A DNA stretch of 16,748 nucleotides from NCBI GenBank assembly GCA_041548245.1, contig JBFESZ010000040.1, positions 1 to 16,748 of the forward strand, given 5' to 3'. The position numbers and the translations under genes are program-made. Under the pieces are notes generated by a model, which saw only the letters and a list, made by a program, of their open reading frames with translations, searched no databases and was not told where the DNA came from. The DNA is from Sulfurimonadaceae bacterium. Its GTDB lineage: Bacteria > Campylobacterota > Campylobacteria > Campylobacterales > Sulfurimonadaceae. Numbering within the stretch: position 1 is the stretch's first letter; each line of letters starts with the position of its first letter. Of this stretch, positions 14,924-16,748 are shown in pieces.

Positions 14924-16748
14924 ACAACCCTTTGTCATACAAATGGTTCATACTTAAAATAAAAGCCAAAACATCTTTTTCCAGTTCATTGTCATGCTCT
15001 GTTGTAATCAAATGTTTATCTGTCAATGCAAGACTTTGATTCCTGTCATACAGAAAAGTTCCTGCTTCCTTGCCCGGCCTGAGTACGGCAACTTTGTCTG
15101 AGTCCATCAAAGCATAATTGTCATTAAACTGCATAAAGGCAATTTCCCGCTTTTTTTCACTGAAAACAGAGTGACCCAAAATTGGATAAGTAAAGTCCGC
15201 ACCAACCAGGTCCAGCGCTGTAGCAATAATATCAGGCTGCGTAGAGATTTTCTCATAAATCCCTGGTTCAATACCTCCACCCAAGATCAAACCCGGGATA
15301 TGAAACATATTTACAGGCACAATATCATCACCATAGACTCTGACGTTATGATCAGCCACGATGAGAAACACAGTATTATCATAATAGCCACTATCTTTTG
15401 CCTTTTTAATCATCTGTCCTATAGCAAAATCGGCATATTTGATAGCATTCTTCACACTCTTCTTATCAACATCGTTGAGCAATTCTATCTTACCGTCCGG
15501 AAAATCAAAAGGCGAGTGATTGGAGGTTGAAAAGACAACACTCATGAATGGTTTTCCAGCATCATTAAGTGATTTATACTCCTTATCTGCATACGAGACA
15601 ACTTCATCATCACACACACCCCATGTCCCTACGAAGCATGGGTTCTCCATACGTTCTTGATCCATGACCTTATCAAAGCCATTACCCAAGAACCACCCTT
15701 TCATATTATCAAAACGGCTCTCACCGCCATAGATAAAACTGGTTTCGTATCCCAGTGGCTTAAACAGACGCGCTATGGTAAACCAGTCTGTTTGCGACTT
15801 TGCCCGTTTTAAGACTCCTTTGCCTGGAACAGCAAAATTCCCTGCAACAATACCTGCAATACCACGAATACTTCGTGTACCATTGCTGTAAAGATCACTA
15901 AATAACAATCCTTCTTTTGCCAACCGGTTGAACTCAGGTGTAATACCGGCTTCTCCACCTACCGCTTCAACAAACTGGGCACCCATACTCTCTTGCAGGA
16001 AAATCACCAGGTTTTTTGGCTCAGCTTGTTTAAAGTGCGTTTTTTCAATACGTCTAAAGTGGCTGTATTTATCGATACTATGTATGTTAAGACGTTCTTC
16101 CGTACGACGCAGTGCCTCTTTTGTACTCATTTTTCCATACTGTTTAATCACCTGACTAGAAAACTTTTTATTAGCATAGATTGAATAAGCAACACTATAC
16201 ATACTGTTTTTGGTGATCTCATTTATGACACGATTGCTCGAATACATTGCATCAGAATTATTAGCGGCACGATGGCCAAAGGAAGAACGGATCCCTATAA
16301 AAAGAAGAAGACCCAGTGGAATAAAAAGGGCCAGACGCCTCCAGAAAACATCATCAAACACTCTTATAAAATCACTTTTTGATAGTTTAACATAGAGCCA
16401 TCCTACAAGTACCATCATGAGCAAAGCCAGGCTCAAAGCCAATTTATAATCAGCCATGATCATACCAAACACCTCTTTTGGATACTCCAGATACTCTACG
16501 AACTTATAGTTGGGTCTGACATCATACTGTGCAAAGAATGGAAAGGTCGCATTTTCCATATAGACAAGGGCCATTATCACCAAGAAGAAATACCCGCGGA
16601 CAACCTTATCCATAATCGTTGCTAAAGACTTAGGAGAAAGAGACAGAAGTATTACAGGAATAATCATTAGATATGCAACCGCAATAGTATCCATTCGAAG
16701 ACCATGGACAAAGGTCATCATATAATTGACATTATCATCTAAAAAACG
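14916..16748 (-). CDS. LTA synthase family / sulfatase-fold inner-membrane phosphotransferase (5' end outside the window)
   Basis: Several N-terminal TM helices with GLRMD and IRSSFGHR. Catalytic domain KNLVIFLQESMG, TPEFNRL, SNGTRSIRG, YGGE..FDNM, WGVCD, SNHSPF, YADFAIG, VADHN. The frame stays open to the window end (RFLDDNVNY upstream of the listed Met). Confidence 0.92.
   Translation of the reverse strand, partial: RFLDDNVNYMMTFVHGLRMDTIAVAYLMIIPVILLSLSPKSLATIMDKVVRGYFFLVIMALVYMENATFPFFAQYDVRPNYKFVEYLEYPKEVFGMIMADYKLALSLALLMMVLVGWLYVKLSKSDFIRVFDDVFWRRLALFIPLGLLLFIGIRSSFGHRAANNSDAMYSSNRVINEITKNSMYSVAYSIYANKKFSSQVIKQYGKMSTKEALRRTEERLNIHSIDKYSHFRRIEKTHFKQAEPKNLVIFLQESMGAQFVEAVGGEAGITPEFNRLAKEGLLFSDLYSNGTRSIRGIAGIVAGNFAVPGKGVLKRAKSQTDWFTIARLFKPLGYETSFIYGGESRFDNMKGWFLGNGFDKVMDQERMENPCFVGTWGVCDDEVVSYADKEYKSLNDAGKPFMSVVFSTSNHSPFDFPDGKIELLNDVDKKSVKNAIKYADFAIGQMIKKAKDSGYYDNTVFLIVADHNVRVYGDDIVPVNMFHIPGLILGGGIEPGIYEKISTQPDIIATALDLVGADFTYPILGHSVFSEKKREIAFMQFNDNYALMDSDKVAVLRPGKEAGTFLYDRNQSLALTDKHLITTEHDNELEKDVLAFILSMNHLYDKGLFR

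Noticed and set aside
76..16395. Numerous 60-170 aa alternative-frame and antisense ORFs in the ORF track (e.g. 5989-6495, 4589-4981, 12813-13223, 15171-15530)
   Set aside because: All lie almost entirely within well-supported genes, show no recognisable motifs and look like shadow ORFs.
1..16748. CRISPR arrays, tRNA/rRNA, IS elements, prophage or defence systems
   Set aside because: I saw no spaced direct repeats, tRNA-like folds, transposase or integrase motifs. Intergenic gaps are all under about 155 nt and are accounted for.

Overview
AT-rich bacterial chromosomal window. Gene content and order point to a free-living Campylobacterota (Sulfurimonas/Sulfuricurvum-like; inference). It has three parts. 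(1) 1-5050: a signalling cluster with no DNA-binding output, comprising the C-terminal end of a histidine kinase, a REC-degenerate GGDEF-EAL protein, a REC protein with an unassigned helical C-terminal domain, and a cytoplasmic REC-REC-PAS-HisKA-HATPase kinase with an Aer/NifL-type PAS. (2) 5194-14526: the conserved Campylobacterota run flgA-ubiX-coaD-tmk-hisS-speA-cysE-aspartate aminotransferase, with an atypical membrane-anchored FMN glutamate-synthase-family gene between hisS and speA. (3) 14618-16748: a small hypothetical ORF converging on an LTA-synthase/sulfatase-family gene whose 5' end lies outside the window. I see no RNA genes, CRISPR arrays or mobile elements. The region is mostly housekeeping. 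The best novelty candidates are the putative redox-to-c-di-GMP phosphorelay, the variant glutamate-synthase-family flavoprotein and the structured region upstream of the aminotransferase.
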